DNA of 60,391 bases, counting the filler, from Squatina squatina (taxonomy: Eukaryota), in assembly GCA_031763465.1 (NCBI GenBank). It is 4 parts of 3 records of this genome, joined end to end, with 100 filler letters (N's around TTAATTAATTAA, not from the genome) between each part and the next. Parts side by side here need not be neighbours in the genome. Positions count along the whole stretch, not along the records: positions 1 to 13,201 come from JARFOE010000234.1; 3 more parts are not named here. One strand, 5' to 3'. The first letter of the stretch is position 1, and each line of letters starts with the position of its first letter. Under the pieces are notes generated by a model, which was given only the letters and a program-made list of their open reading frames with translations, ran no database searches and was not told the origin of the DNA. Positions 1 through 12,354 of this stretch are shown piece by piece. The position numbers and the translations under genes were made by a program.

Positions 1-50
1 TCACGTTTGTATGCTGCCCGCGTGACAGTATACTCTTTATTTTTTTGCAG

Positions 51-241
51 AGAGCATTGCTTTCTTTGGATATAAAGGAGAATCTAACCCGCCATGGACT
101 CGGCTCTACAGCAGCCCTGCTGGGCAGGGCCTGCGCCTCTTGGAAAAGTACATTCCCCTACAACTGGAAGACTATGGCTGCACGAAGGTTGCTGAACCCC
201 AAAGAAAAGAGCTGGAACTTTTACAGAAAGCTTTACAGTGA
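51..241 (+). CDS. CEMIP2: CEMIP2/TMEM2 (cell-surface hyaluronidase family) terminal coding exon
   Basis: Acceptor ttttttgcag ends at 50. Frame from 53 reads SIAFFGYKGESNPPWTRLYSSPAGQGLRLLEKYIPLQLEDYGCTKVAEPQRKELELLQKALQ*, matching the recalled TMEM2 C-terminus (WTKLFTSPAGQGLGVLEQFIPLQLDEYGC...DLELL). This is a different frame from the ORF-track call 45..248. Confidence 0.88.
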
Positions 242-779
242 ATATTAATCTGAATAAATGTGACCTAATTTATTCTATTTATGCTGGTTTAAGAGTCTCT
301 TTTTTGTTCCCCCCAACTGCATTATTTCTTTTTACATATCTAACCTTTCTTAAAATAAAGATACAATACAATGCATTGTGCTGTCTTCCTGGAATGAGTA
401 TAGATTTTACAGAAATACACTAGGCTTTTGAAATCTGTTTATTTGAGTGGAGCTGGGTTCAATCCTCAACCAGCTTACATACAGTTTTCTGCTGATGCCA
501 ATTGAAGAATTCATGCCAGAGAAGTGTGGGGAAGAGGCATTGCAGCATGGACCAATTGTTAGGAATTAATATGGCCCCAAAACTAGGAGAAACTTCTTTA
601 CCTAGAGAGTGGTGAGAATGTGGAACTCGCTTCCACAAGTTGAGGTGAATAGCAGAGATGTACTTAAGAGGAAGCAAGGNNNNNNNNNNNNNNNNNNNNN
701 NNNNNNNNNNNNNNNNNNNNNNNNNNNNNNNNNNNNNNNNNNNNNNNNNNNNNNNNNNNNNNNNNNNNNNNNNNNNNNN

Positions 780-1180
780 TTCGGAATGCTGAAAGGGGAG
801 GGGAGGGAAAGATGTGTTTGGTGGTGGGATCGCGCTGGAGGTGGCGAGAATGGCGGCGGATGATCCGTTGAATGTGGAGGCTGGTGGGGTGAAAGATGAG
901 GACAAGGGGAACCCTATCATGGTTCTGGGAGGGCCGATGTCACGCAGGCAGTTGACAATGAAAAGATCTAGAGAGGGTAAGAGGCCAGAGGGAGGGGTCC
1001 AGGTAGAGCGAGAAATCTGAAAACGGGTGAAAGAGTCAGCTGTGCGGGGGGAAGATTCCTGACCAAAGAAGTGGGCACGGAGGCGGGGGCGATGGAAAAA
1101 GAGCTCAGAGTCATGCCAAGCTCGGAGCTGGGGGCGTAAGGGGATGAAGCTCAGGCCTCTGCTGAGGATTGATCGTTTAT
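780..1180 (-). mobile_element. Penelope-like element (PLE) fragment, internally deleted
   Basis: Minus strand encodes LSRGLSFIPLRP...RLRAHFFGQESSP...WTPPSGLLPSLDLFIVNC (pre-RT region). It is joined, in another frame, to NHDRVPLVLIFHPTSLHIQRII...TTKHIFPSPPLSAFR (post-RT linker). Confidence 0.75.
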
Positions 1181-1231
1181 GTTTAAATTTCTGGTTAAAT
1201 TTCAGATTCCAGCATCCACAGTATTTCGTTT

Positions 1232-1560
1232 TTGTACCATTTAGTTGATATCGCCTCTCCTCATTATTCCTATCAAAATGAATCACTTCACATTTCTCTG
1301 CATCAAATTTCATCTGCCGTGTGTCTGCCAATTTGACCTGTCTATGTCCTCCTGAAGTCTGCTACTATCCTTCTCACTGTTGACTGCATTTCTGAGTTTT
1401 GTATCAGCTGCCAACCTTGAAACTATGCCCTGTATATGTCCAGGTCATGACATATAAACAAAAAGAGCAGTGGTCCTCATACTGACCCCTGGAGGACACC
1501 GCTGTATACCTCCCTCCAGTCTGGAAAAACAACCGCTCACCACCACGGCCTTCCTTTGTG
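1232..1560 (-). mobile_element. CR1 LINE ORF2 (RT) fragment
   Basis: Minus-strand ADTRQMKFDAEKCEVIHFDRNNEERRYQLNG, with degraded upstream RT motifs typical of CR1 ORF2. Confidence 0.8.
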
Positions 1561-2785
1561 CAGTGTAAAGTGTGAAAATAATGTGGGACTGAAAGGGTTA
1601 TCGCATCCAATGGCTATACAGCTCGTGAGCAATATATTTAGAAAGAGAAAAATGTCCTGTTCAGCCCATGATTTTCACTTCCACCGACAACTATTATTGA
1701 GAGAGAAATCGGAGCAGGGCACGTTGCCTCATTTAAAAACAATCAACAGGATGCGGAGGGGCTGCAGGGAGCTTGGCATGTTGCCATTTCCAGAAACCCC
1801 AGACACAGCGTGATATCGGCAGGCAGCACCTGCCCAGCTTCTTCATGACACTTGCTCAGCTTGCCCACATGAAGCCAATCATCTGTTCCGATTAAAAGAA
1901 GTATCGGGTTAGTCATTAATCCACCACCCACTAACCTGCTGACGTTCCTGTCTTATTTAGCACCAATGCTTCCTAAGCCAGCCACCATTATTGGGCACAA
2001 ATAACACTCAGGGGGTAAAGGTATACTCCCACAAGACGTCGTAATATTTTAGAAACAAAACATGCAAGGTTTATAAATAGTAGATAGTGTTAACACAAAT
2101 TAGATCGGCAGCCACAAATGATTTGACAAATCAATTTAACATCTACTTATCTCCCCGATAGAGTGTAATGTAGCAATTAGGTTGAGGAGGGGGGGCGGGT
2201 GGGGTTAAGGTAACGTTAAAATCCAATCCTTGTGCGACTTCCAGGAACAGGTGGCAACCACATTTTAGGGCAATTAATTTTCTTGCCGTCTTTGTGCGAC
2301 AGGGCTCTGGTAAAGCTCTGGAGCCAGCTTGAGGGCTAACAGCGGTGTGCCATCACATGCACAGTCCAAGCACGGCAGGAAGGGAGTGATAGAGAAACGA
2401 CGGTCAAAGCCAGTCATTTCGACCTGTGGTACAAGTAGACTCTTCCTGGCCTCACTCGCTGGTTTTTTTTCCTCCCCCACATGCGCGTACGCACACACAC
2501 ACACACAAACACTAGCTACTGGTCCGAAGTGCGGCGCAACGCTAAGGAAACGGTAGCCAGGACGCCAATGAATCCGCAATGATCTCAGTTCAAAGGTCTC
2601 GATCCCTGATATAATCGAGAGGTCTCCATTAGCCAAAAAAGAAAAGGAAGCTAGGAAACACTGGTAAGTTTCTCTGAAACCTTTCNNNNNNNNNNNNNNN
2701 NNNNNNNNNNNNNNNNNNNNNNNNNNNNNNNNNNNNNNNNNNNNNNNNNNNNNNNNNNNNNNNNNNNNNNNNNNNNNNNNNNNNN

Positions 2786-3070
2786 GCCATTTCAGAGGGC
2801 AGATAAGAATCAACCACATTGCTGTGGGTCTGGAGTCACATATAGATAAGGATGGCAGATTCCCTTCCCTAAAGAACATTAGTGAACCAGATTGTTTTTT
2901 ATGACAATCCAATAGTTTCATGGTCACCCTTACCAACAGTAGCTTAAAATTCCCAATTATTTAAGTAACTGAATTTAAATTCCACAGTTGCTGTGGTGGG
3001 ATTTGACTCACATCTTTGGACCAATAGTCCAAGCCTCTGGATTACTAGTCCTGCAACTTAACCACTACAC
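2786..3070 (-). mobile_element. HE1-like tRNA-derived SINE (partial)
   Basis: Reverse complement resembles the copy at 59443-59766 (gagtcaaatcccacc head, ctggttcactaatg body, gactccagacccacagcaatgtgg). Confidence 0.7.
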
Positions 3071-3079
3071 TCCCGAGCC

Positions 3080-3890
3080 TGCCTGTTCCAGGTCTTTGAA
3101 AGAGCTATCCAATGAGTCCAATTCTCGGGCCCTTTCCCCACAACCCTGCAAAATTTTCCCCTTCAAATATTTATTCAATTCCCTTTGAAAACTATTATTG
3201 AATCCTTTTCCACCACCCTTTCAGGCAGTGCGTTCCAGGTCACAACAACTCACAGTGTAAAAACAATTCTCCTCATCTCGTCTCTGGTTCTTTTGTCAAT
3301 AATTTAAATCTATGTCCTCTGGTTACCAACCCTTCTGCCACTGGAAACAATTTCTCCTCATTTACTCGATAAAAACCTTCATAATTTTGGACACCTCTTT
3401 CAAATCTCCCCTTAACCTTCTCTGTTCTCAGGAGAATAACCCCAGTTTCTCTAGTCTTTCCACTGAAGTCTTTCTTTCCTGGTACCATTCTAGTAACTCT
3501 CCTCTGCACTCTCTCTAAGGTGTTGACATTCTTCCTAAAGTGCAGTGCTGAGAATTGGCCACAATACTCCAGCTAGGACCTAAACAGTGTTTTATAAAGG
3601 TTTTGTATAATTTCCTGCTTTTGTACTCTATGCCTCTGTTTATAAAGCCAAGGACCTGAATACCTTTTTAACAACCTTCTCAACTTGTCCTGCTACCTTC
3701 AATGACTTGTGTNNNNNNNNNNNNNNNNNNNNNNNNNNNNNNNNNNNNNNNNNNNNNNNNNNNNNNNNNNNNNNNNNNNNNNNNNNNNNNNNNNNNNNNN
3801 NNNNNNNNNNNNCTAATTGGATAGCTCTTTGAAAGAGCCGTCACAGGCACGAAGGGCTGAATGGCCTCCTTCTGTGCTGTAAGACTCTAT
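3080..3890 (-). mobile_element. CR1 LINE 3' fragments
   Basis: Minus-strand QRRVTRMVPG...EKLFPVAEGLVTRGHRFK. A plus-strand CR1 tail lies at 3813-3890. Confidence 0.8.
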
Positions 3891-4179
3891 AATATCCGAG
3901 ACTGAGACAGCTGATGATGAACATCAGCACTTTGAAGATCTTTTCTTTTTTTTCCTCCCAGTTCGCTCCTCTGCGCTGCTTAACACTGGAGTACAGTTCC
4001 GCAGGTACCGGCTGCCATCTTCCTGTCTCAGCCTAGTCGGCGAGTGTTGGCCGGCTAATTGAACAGAAGGGTCTGTGCTGGTGAGGGGAAAACAGGTCAG
4101 ATCCTGATAAACCCAACACCCACGCAAAGGACGATCTAGCAGAGGGCACTCAGACAGAGGTTAGGAGGAGCTCTCTTGC

Positions 4180-4540
4180 CTCCGGGTGCTGAGGCTCACT
4201 GCTGTCTTTCAGTCAAGGCCTGTTTCGGATGAGACGTCAAACCGAGTCTTCCCTCTCTGGTGGAGGTAAAAGATTCCACGGCACGATTGGAAAAAGAGCA
4301 GGAGAGTTCTCCCCGGTGTCCTGGCTAATATTTCCACCTCAATCAACAGCACTGAAACAGATTAATTTGGTTGTTTATCTTGTTGGTGTTTGTGGGAACT
4401 TGCTATGCGCAAGTTGGCTGCCACATTTGCCCACATCACACTAACGACTACACTTCAGAGGTATTTCATTGGCTGTGAAGATCTTTTGGGATATCCTGAC
4501 GACGTGATAGGTGCTATCTAAATATAGGTTCCTTTCTTTA
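4180..4540 (+). mobile_element. SacSINE1/DeuSINE-like SINE
   Basis: Deu-domain-like gtcctggctaatattt...gtttgtgggaacttgct..cgcaagttggctgcc, followed by an L2-type tail. Confidence 0.7.
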
Positions 4541-5704
4541 TTTCAACCTAATTTCACCTTCATTTAAAAAAAATTAGTCTCAGTATGGCTTATTCTCAGT
4601 ATGGCTTTCACTTTTTTTCCTTTGAACTGTTGTCCGTGATATTCTCTCCCTACCCATGTTTTCCAAACGTTAGGGCTGAGCCATAAGCATTTCTTCTTTA
4701 GCTACAGCTGCCTAATTGCATGCTGCAAACACTTCCTACGCTATGTAAGGCAGGAGGTTTCTGTTGATAAGAAGTTCTTATTCTGGGTAATCTCATTTGT
4801 CAGAAGTCACAAGTATGACATGAATCCAGCTTCTGACAGAATTCTGGTGTGACTCCCTGGTCTTGGGGAGCTTGCTATGCAGTAAAGAAAAGCCTGAAAC
4901 TTACCATAGCAGTAAGCAACCTTTCGCCTTATTAGGTTGAGCTCCCCAGTGAAACTCATTAACATCAGACTCGCTTGTAGAATTACGTCCTGCAACATAA
5001 ACACTGCACCAGAGATGTTTTCCATATAATTATGTGAGCGCTACTGCAGTCAAGGCCACCATCTGCGAGTTGGGTAACTTTTGAATGGAACCTGTCCATT
5101 GGCACAGGCCAGTGTTTGGATTTGAAAAGGGTGCCCTGTGGGCAGGATTCCCTCATTTGCAGTTTATGTTGTCTTGTTCAGCCGTGCACAGAAAACTCAT
5201 TCAACTTAATAGGTAAGTGGGAGAATGATATTAATGATGGACAAACGCATCATTCAAAGGCAACCTCATAGCAACCAGATCTGAGTGTCACATTGTGTGG
5301 TCCTGCCTGATTACTGTCTCCCGCAAAAGCAGAGGGGAAAGATGGGATGTACAGAGCTCTGATTCCGCAGCCCCCTCTCTATCAGCTTCTTTACAGTGAC
5401 TGAATAAATACAACTCTGTTTTTATGGCATGGGATGCTAGGATTTTAAGTGTTTTTAATCTCCCAATCTGTATTTCTATCTGTTTGTAATTCGGACCATT
5501 ATGGTGACTAACTGAAATTTTTATCACTCTTTTCCGGATTGCATCCCATGATTCCACCTATTTTCCTGTGAAAACTATACACTCGTAGTGTTACTTCCTC
5601 CAAATACATGACACTTGAAAAAAGAAGGCCCTTTTTTGGTGAAGATTGTTAGCGTAGTTTTGGCATGTACTGATTAACTGATCTTGGCCAAGGTAGTGGT
5701 AAGA

Positions 5705-6386
5705 ATCATAGAAATATAGAATAGTTACAGCACGGAAGAAGGCCATTCGGCCCGTCGAGCCCGTGCCAGCTCTCTACAAGAGCACTTCAGCGAGTCCCGC
5801 TCCCCCGCCCATTCCCCGTAGCCCTGAATTTCTTTTTCCTTCAGGTAATTATCTAACTCCCTTTTGAAAGCAGTGACTGAATCTGCCTCCACCACCCTTT
5901 CGGGCAGTGCATTCCAGATCCCAACCACTCGCTGTATAAAATGTTTTTTTTTTCATGTCACCTTTGGATCTTTTGCCAATCACCTTAAATCTGTGTCCTC
6001 AGGTTCTCGACCCTTTTGNNNNNNNNNNNNNNNNNNNNNNNNNNNNNNNNNNNNNNNNNNNNNNNNNNNNNNNNNNNNNNNNNNNNNNNNNNNNNNNNNN
6101 NNNNNNNNNNNNNNNNNNCAACTAAAGAGCTCTCCAATTAGCCTCTCTCCCCTGCTCTTTCCCCAGAGCCCTGCAATTTTCTACCCTTCAAATATTTACC
6201 CAATCCCCTTTTGAAAGTTATTATTGACTCCGCTTCCACCACCCTTTCATGCAGAGCATTCCAGATCACAACAACTCGTTGTGTAAACAAATCTCCCCTC
6301 ATCTCCTCTCTGTTTCTTTAGCCAATTATCTTTAATCTTTGCCCTCTGTTTATCGACCCTCCTCCCAGTGGGAAATAGTTTCTCCA
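5705..6386 (-). mobile_element. CR1 LINE 3' ends (two copies across a gap)
   Basis: VGIWNALPERVVEADSVTAFKRELDNYL motif with the ggccgaatggcc 3' tail. Confidence 0.8.
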
Positions 6387-6654
6387 NNNNNNNNNNATTT
6401 CTATTCCTTTGCACTGAGTAAAGAATGATTCATGCAGCATTTGTCCTGGTGCACGCAAACAGTTAACCCTCATAAAGAAAGCAAACCATTATTAATGAAT
6501 AAATCAAAAGCAATACAGTCTGCTCCATATGTCTCTATGGGGAGTCTTCACAGTGCACAGTTACCACCACCGGTATAGCTTAGTGTGCAGAAGGAGAGTG
6601 CTTTATTTAACTCAGAAACCTGGTTGAAAGGCCAAGATGCATGGTGTGAGACAA

Positions 6655-6966
6655 CAAAAACAACTTGCATTTATATAGCATCTTTAATGTAGTAAAAGGT
6701 CCCAAGGCATTTCATANNNNNNNNNNGAGTGATTATCAAACAAAATTTGACTCTGAGCCATATAAGGAGATATTAGGGCAGGTGGCCAAAGGCTTGGACA
6801 AAGAGATAGGTTTTAAGGAGCATCCTAAAGGTGGAGAGAGAGGTGGAGAAGTTTAGGGAAGGAATTCCAGAGCTCAGGGCCTAGGAAGCTGAAGGTGAGC
6901 CAATTAAAGTCTTAGCAAAAGACCAGAATTGGAAGAGAGCAGAGCTCTCGGAGAGTTGTTGGGCTG
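6655..6966 (-). mobile_element. L2-clade LINE 3' end
   Basis: acttgcatttatatagc terminus with a gtttagggaaggaattccagagc body. The same family recurs near 29510, 45030, 49595 and 52387. Confidence 0.65.
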
Positions 6967-7417
6967 NNNNNNNNNNNNNNNNNNNNNNNNNNNNNNNNNN
7001 NNNNNNNNNNNNNNNNNNNNNNNNNNNNNNNNNNNNNNNNNNNNNNNNNNNNNNNNNNNNNNNNNNTTTTTGGGGTTAAAATTCCCCCTGATATTCCTAA
7101 GTATGGCTAGGGTGGGGTATGTGATTATTGCACTGGTTTCGCAGGAGTTGCTCCTCGAAGACTGGGTCTAAAGGGACAACTAGAGGGAACTTATAGCTAA
7201 CAGTACTATACCTGACCTGGATGCCTGAAATGGGAAATTGTTGCATCTCTTGCTGCTAAAATCACTTGCCTCCTGAAGAAATCCTTTTTGCAAAAAATGG
7301 AATTCACTTTTATTTTGGCCCTTCCTTTATTATTAACTAGAAAATTGTTAATCTAACAAAAGTAATATATGCCTTTTAAACTATAATCTCCCTTTGAAAA
7401 TTAAAGAAATAAATAAA

Positions 7418-7810
7418 CAATGAACTTGCATTTATCTAACGCCTTCACTACCTCAGGAAATGCTTAACAGCCAATTTGCGCACAGTAAGCTCCCACAAAC
7501 AGCAATGCGATAGTGAACGGATAATCTGTTTTTAGTGAAGTTGATTGGGGGATAAATATTGCCCAGGACACCGGGGATAACTCCCCTGCTTTTCTTCGAA
7601 ATAGTGCATCAAGACTTTTTACATTCATCTGAGAGAGCAGATAGGGCCTCAGTTTAACGTGTCATCTAACCTCCGACAGTGCAGCACTCCCTCAGTACTG
7701 CACTGGAGTGTCAGCTTAGATTTTGTGCTCAAGTCTCTGGAAAGGGGCTTGAATCACGTAACCTTCTCGGCTCAAGGGCGAGATTGCTATCCACTGAGTC
7801 ATGGCTGACA
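7418..7810 (-). mobile_element. SacSINE1/DeuSINE-like SINE, near full length
   Basis: tRNA-like head at the right end (rc: tcagtggatagcaatctcgcc...gtgattcaagcccc), then Deu domain and L2-type tail. Confidence 0.72.
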
Positions 7811-9382
7811 ACTCTAAGAGCAAGGAAACGTGTATTTGGCGAATCTACTTAAACCATATTGAAATCTGCAGGACAAATAGCTACAAAATATGAACCCGGA
7901 ATATAAAATACCTTTTATAAACAGAAAATTTGACTTTTATAACAAATTGTTATCTCAGAAACCAGTTACTTGAGTGTCACTGACATGACACTTTGATGAG
8001 ATGAATAAAGCAGTCAGTAAACAGTGAAGTAACAAACTCATTTCAACAGGAGTGTTATTCTATTTAGTAACCTGGTATGTGAATTTAGATGCTGGAACCT
8101 TTTCCCACTATATAGACTCCCACTTGTTAACTGAACCCACTGGATGCAGATGCTATTGCATGACGCAGAGTATATTACTTCACAAATTGTTCTTGGCAGG
8201 TGTGACTTGTGAAGTGATACATACTCTACTCAACATGCTGGCCTGGTGTGATAAGACATATGGGTAAAGAGAAGGCAGAATCTTTCATCTGCTATATCCT
8301 TATCAGCCATTGCCTGCTGTTAGGATAATACTTTCTGTTTTGTAGATAGTGGCATATAAATTGATCCATGCAGCACCCATTGATCAGGTGCTGCACAGTC
8401 TATTAAGGCCCCAATATGGCAAACAGGAGGCATCACACATTTCTGCATCGCCCGCCATATTGGGTAAGGGGAAACGAGAGGCGTGCTTTACCCTAGCCTG
8501 AAGCAGGCATTGGTTCCTTTGCAAATAAGTAGATTCTTACTGCACAGAACGAGGCCATTCAGCCCATCGTGCTCAGGCCAGCTCTTTGAAAAAGTTGTCC
8601 AATAAGTCTCACTGCCCTGCTCTTTCCCCATAGTCCTGCAAATAAGTTTTCAAGTACATATCAATTCCCCTTTTGAAAGTTACGATTGAATTTGCTTCCA
8701 CCGCCCTTTCAAGCCCTTTGATGCGCAACGCACATCATAATAACTCACTGCGTAAAAAGAATGCTCTTGATTTCCCTACTGGTTCTTATGCCAATTAAGT
8801 AAAACTTTGGTCTGAAAAGTCTCTCGATTGTGTTACATTAAGGGTTGGCATAGAAAGCACATTAAAGACCTCAGGTGGCAGATTAATCGTATATCAATTC
8901 AATACTTTGACTCGTTTATTCAGATATCTTTCTCATGAGAACCTGACACAGGAGTCTGAGTGGACTAGTTTCTGTATCCCCAAATGTAAGAGTGAGATCA
9001 GGCTTGGCTTGGGAAAAGTCAACAGAGGTGAGTGTTTCTTAAAAAATATTTTTTCTCGGAATGTGATTGACACTGGCAAGGCCACACTTATTGCTCACCT
9101 TCGTGAAATAATGACTGGATGGTATANNNNNNNNNNNNNNNNNNNNNNNNNNNNNNNNNNNNNNNNNNNNNNNNNNNNNNNNNNNNNNNNNNNNNNNNNN
9201 NNNNNNNNNNNNNNNNNNNNNNNNNNATAATGACTGATATTCTACACCATATTTCATTTTTATAACACAGGAAGACATTCATAAACTTGCATAATGGGTG
9301 TGTAATTGGTAAATAAATTTCAGTTTCAGTAAGTGTGATGAGTAGATAAGAATAAAGAGCCAACATACTCTTTGGAACTAAT

Positions 9383-9952
9383 GCGTTGAAATTCCCGACC
9401 ACTCCATTTGTGGGCAGAGCTCTCCAGGGCCAGGAGTTCTGTCGCGCGGACTGGAAATACCACCCCCAACGCAGAATTCGGGTTACCACCCCGGAAATGA
9501 TGCGGAGTGCTGTCCGTTTCAGTTCCAGGGCGGTGCTCTGTCATTTGAAGGGGAGGGCTGCTGCGCACTCTGCATCACGCCCCGATGGCCGTCACTCGGC
9601 TGACAAAAAAAGATGGCGGCCCGGGGCGCAAAAGTCCTCCCCTTAAAGGGGAGGCCTGGAAGACGATGCGCGACAGCTTGGCAACCTGCGAAGCTGTCGG
9701 TCCCATCAACAGCTGTGCGTCTCGCAGGCAGGTTTCCCTGCGGGGCGCAAAGGGGTCGCCACGGGGTGGTTAAGGGTCGGTGTGCGCGTCGATGATGTCG
9801 CTAATCACGGGGCGCAGCGCAAAGGGCCTAAAGCACCGGGTAATTTCCCAGGAGGCGATAGGGCCACCCCGCCCCATGCGAAAATCATTTATTGCCCCAT
9901 GAGCACCCCTCGGAGGCGTTAACAGGTCTAAAAAAGGGCAAATTTCTAGCCC
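9383..9952. mobile_element. GC-rich non-autonomous DNA transposon (MITE, probably PIF/Harbinger-type)
   Basis: Imperfect TIRs gcgttgaaatt ... aatttctagccc. The internal sequence resembles the elements at 35620 and 39056 in opposite orientation. Confidence 0.55.
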
Positions 9953-9984
9953 GCAGAGTCCAAATGAGTAGGGGAGTAAAGGAA

Positions 9985-10470
9985 TCTGGTGTACAAATAT
10001 ACAAATCACTAAAAGTGATGTTAACAAGGCCATAAACAAAGAAAAGCACTGGGGTTTATTTCAAGAGGGATAAAATTGGAAAGTAGAGACGTTATGATAA
10101 ACATAATCGAACAGTGGTCAGGCCACACTGAGAGTATGGTGCACAGTCTGGTCTCCATATTATAACACAGATACGGAGGCACTGGAGAAAGTGCAAAACA
10201 TTTTTACAAGGATGAGACCAGAACTGAGACCTATCAGGAAAGTTTGAATAGGCTGGAGTGGGGCTCTTTCAGAGAAGGCTGAGGGGTGACCTGATGGAGG
10301 TCTTTAAAATTATGAAAGGGTTTGATAGAGACCAAAACTAGGGGCCATAAATATATGATAGTCACTAATAAGTCCAATTGGAAGTTCAGGAGATACTTCT
10401 TTATCCAGAAAGTGGTTGGACTGTGGAATATGCTCCCACGTGGAGTAATTGAGGTGACGAGCATAGATGC
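9985..10470 (+). mobile_element. CR1 LINE 3' ORF2 fragment
   Basis: TRGHKYMIVTNKSNWKFRRYFFIQKVVGLWNMLPRGVIEV. Confidence 0.78.
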
Positions 10471-11098
10471 ACCGGCCTGGACCTGTTTGGTCTGTTTCTG
10501 TGCTGTACATTGTATGTAATTCTATGTAATGCACATTAAGTTGTGTAGTTAAACCTAAAATTGAAAGACTGACAGTATATCTGTGTGGAAGATGATTGCA
10601 GCAGTCTCTAAGGCCAAGCTTGCACGTGTTTATTACACTAACCTGGAGACAATCTCGTTGCTCTGGCAGCATGGCTCCACTTGTGTCATGCTGACCCGAA
10701 AATGCTGATGTTTTTCTGCACAACTGGAGATGTCAGAATGGAAATTGAGAGTGGGAAATGGTCATGGAGCAGGTGCTTTAATGGCCTTTAGCTCAGCGTA
10801 AAAGCAAGAACAGTGGACTGAGAGTTGGGAGGTGAAGAAGGTACGCATCTGGAGGGTTGAACTGGCTGTAATATGTGTGTGCATCTTCCGCAATCTATGA
10901 TTGGCATTGGTATAGTTCATTTAACCGTTGATAAATCTGCAAATGTTTGACTGCGTGTGAATATGTTCTTAGAATACATGCACCAAACTGCAGCCTCTNN
11001 NNNNNNNNNNNNNNNNNNNNNNNNNNNNNNNNNNNNNNNNNNNNNNNNNNNNNNNNNNNNNNNNNNNNNNNNNNNNNNNNNNNNNNNNNNNNNNNNNN

Positions 11099-11828
11099 TC
11101 TCTCTCCCCATTCTCCCTCTCTCACCATTCTCCCTCTCTCCCCCATTGTCTCTCACTATCCCCCACTCCCTCTCTCCCCCACTCCCTCTCTCCCCCATTC
11201 TCTCTCACTTCCCGATTCCCTCTCTCCCTCATTCTCTCTACCTGATTCCCTCTCTCCACCATTCTCCCTCTTTCCATTTGGTCACACCCTATTCTCTCCC
11301 GATTCCCTCCCTCCCCCACTCTCTCTCACCCGATTCCCTCTATCTCCCCCATTTTCTATCTCTCCCTCGATTCCTCCCCTTTTCCCATTCTCCCTGTCTC
11401 CCCATTCTCTGGCTCCTCAATTCTACCTCTCTCTCCCCTATTCTCCCTCTATCTCCCCAATTCTCCCGCTCTCCCCAATTCCCTGTCTCACTCTCTCCGA
11501 TTCTCTCTTACCCATTCTCCCTCTCGTCCCTATTCCGCTTCTCTCCCCAATTCACTCCCCCATTCTCTCTCTCTCTCCCAAATCCTTCTCTCCCTCATTC
11601 TCCCTCTCTCCCAATTCTATATTTCCCCATTCTCCCACTTTCACTCATTCTCTCTCTCCCCAATTCCCTCTCTCCTCCATTCTTTCTCACTTCCCGATTC
11701 CTTCTCTCCCTCATTCTCTCTACCTAATTCTCTCTCTCTCCCCCATTCCCTCTCTACACCATTCTCCCTCTCTCCATTCGGTCACACCCCATTCTCTCCC
11801 AATTCCCTCTCTCCCCCACCTCCCCACC
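11099..11828 (+). repeat. CT-rich polypyrimidine minisatellite / low-complexity tract
   Basis: About 730 bp of degenerate attctccctctcc-like units, with a longer internal duplication. Confidence 0.9.
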
Positions 11829-12354
11829 TGACTCATCATCCAGCATACACCGAGCCTCCACCTGTTCAGTTGGGTGAATTCCCAGGAATCCCAAAGATTA
11901 CAGTCAAGCAAGAGATCTGAAATAATGGGATACCCACCTCACCCCCACTTTCCCTCTGATTCCCACCTGTGGAACACCAATTGCCCAGGGAAATGGCAAA
12001 GGATAATCTACCAGATTTTGACTTCCATCTATTTTAACGTGTATGACTTTGAAAAATAAGCAGCCCATCGTTTAAATGGGTTTGCAAGTGGTTTTGCCAT
12101 GTGATAATAAAGCTCACTTTTCACTTTCTCTGCTGTTGCTAGCTCAGCACATGTTTTGGGCTTTGTCCTGCTTTTTGTGTAACTAAAATGATTTCCATTG
12201 GTAATTGTTACATTTGGTATTTGCTAATAAAAACGAATGCGGTAACACGGAACATTATAGTTGGTTTCCTGAATCATTCTTAGACACTCAAAGCGAGTTT
12301 TTCAATTGCTTCTGAAAAAGTGCTTTCACCATACTGTCCCAGAATGTGGATTAC

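Noticed and set aside
45-248. ORF-track 67-aa ORF, and likewise ORFs 13556-13804 and 33488-33700
   Set aside because: These are wrong-frame overlaps of real exons (CEMIP2, MTIF3, TGFBR3), which read in other frames.
459-1331. 290-aa minus-strand ORF as a single gene
   Set aside because: A mosaic of CR1, Penelope and gap sequence.
4578-4608. Short tandem duplications (4578-4608, 29433-29467, 24446-24467) and the (TA)n palindrome at 32363-32380
   Set aside because: Ordinary slippage-type features with no sign of function.
10947-11831. Long 294-aa and 256-aa Pro/Ser/Leu-rich ORFs
   Set aside because: A by-product of the stop-poor CT tract plus an N gap.
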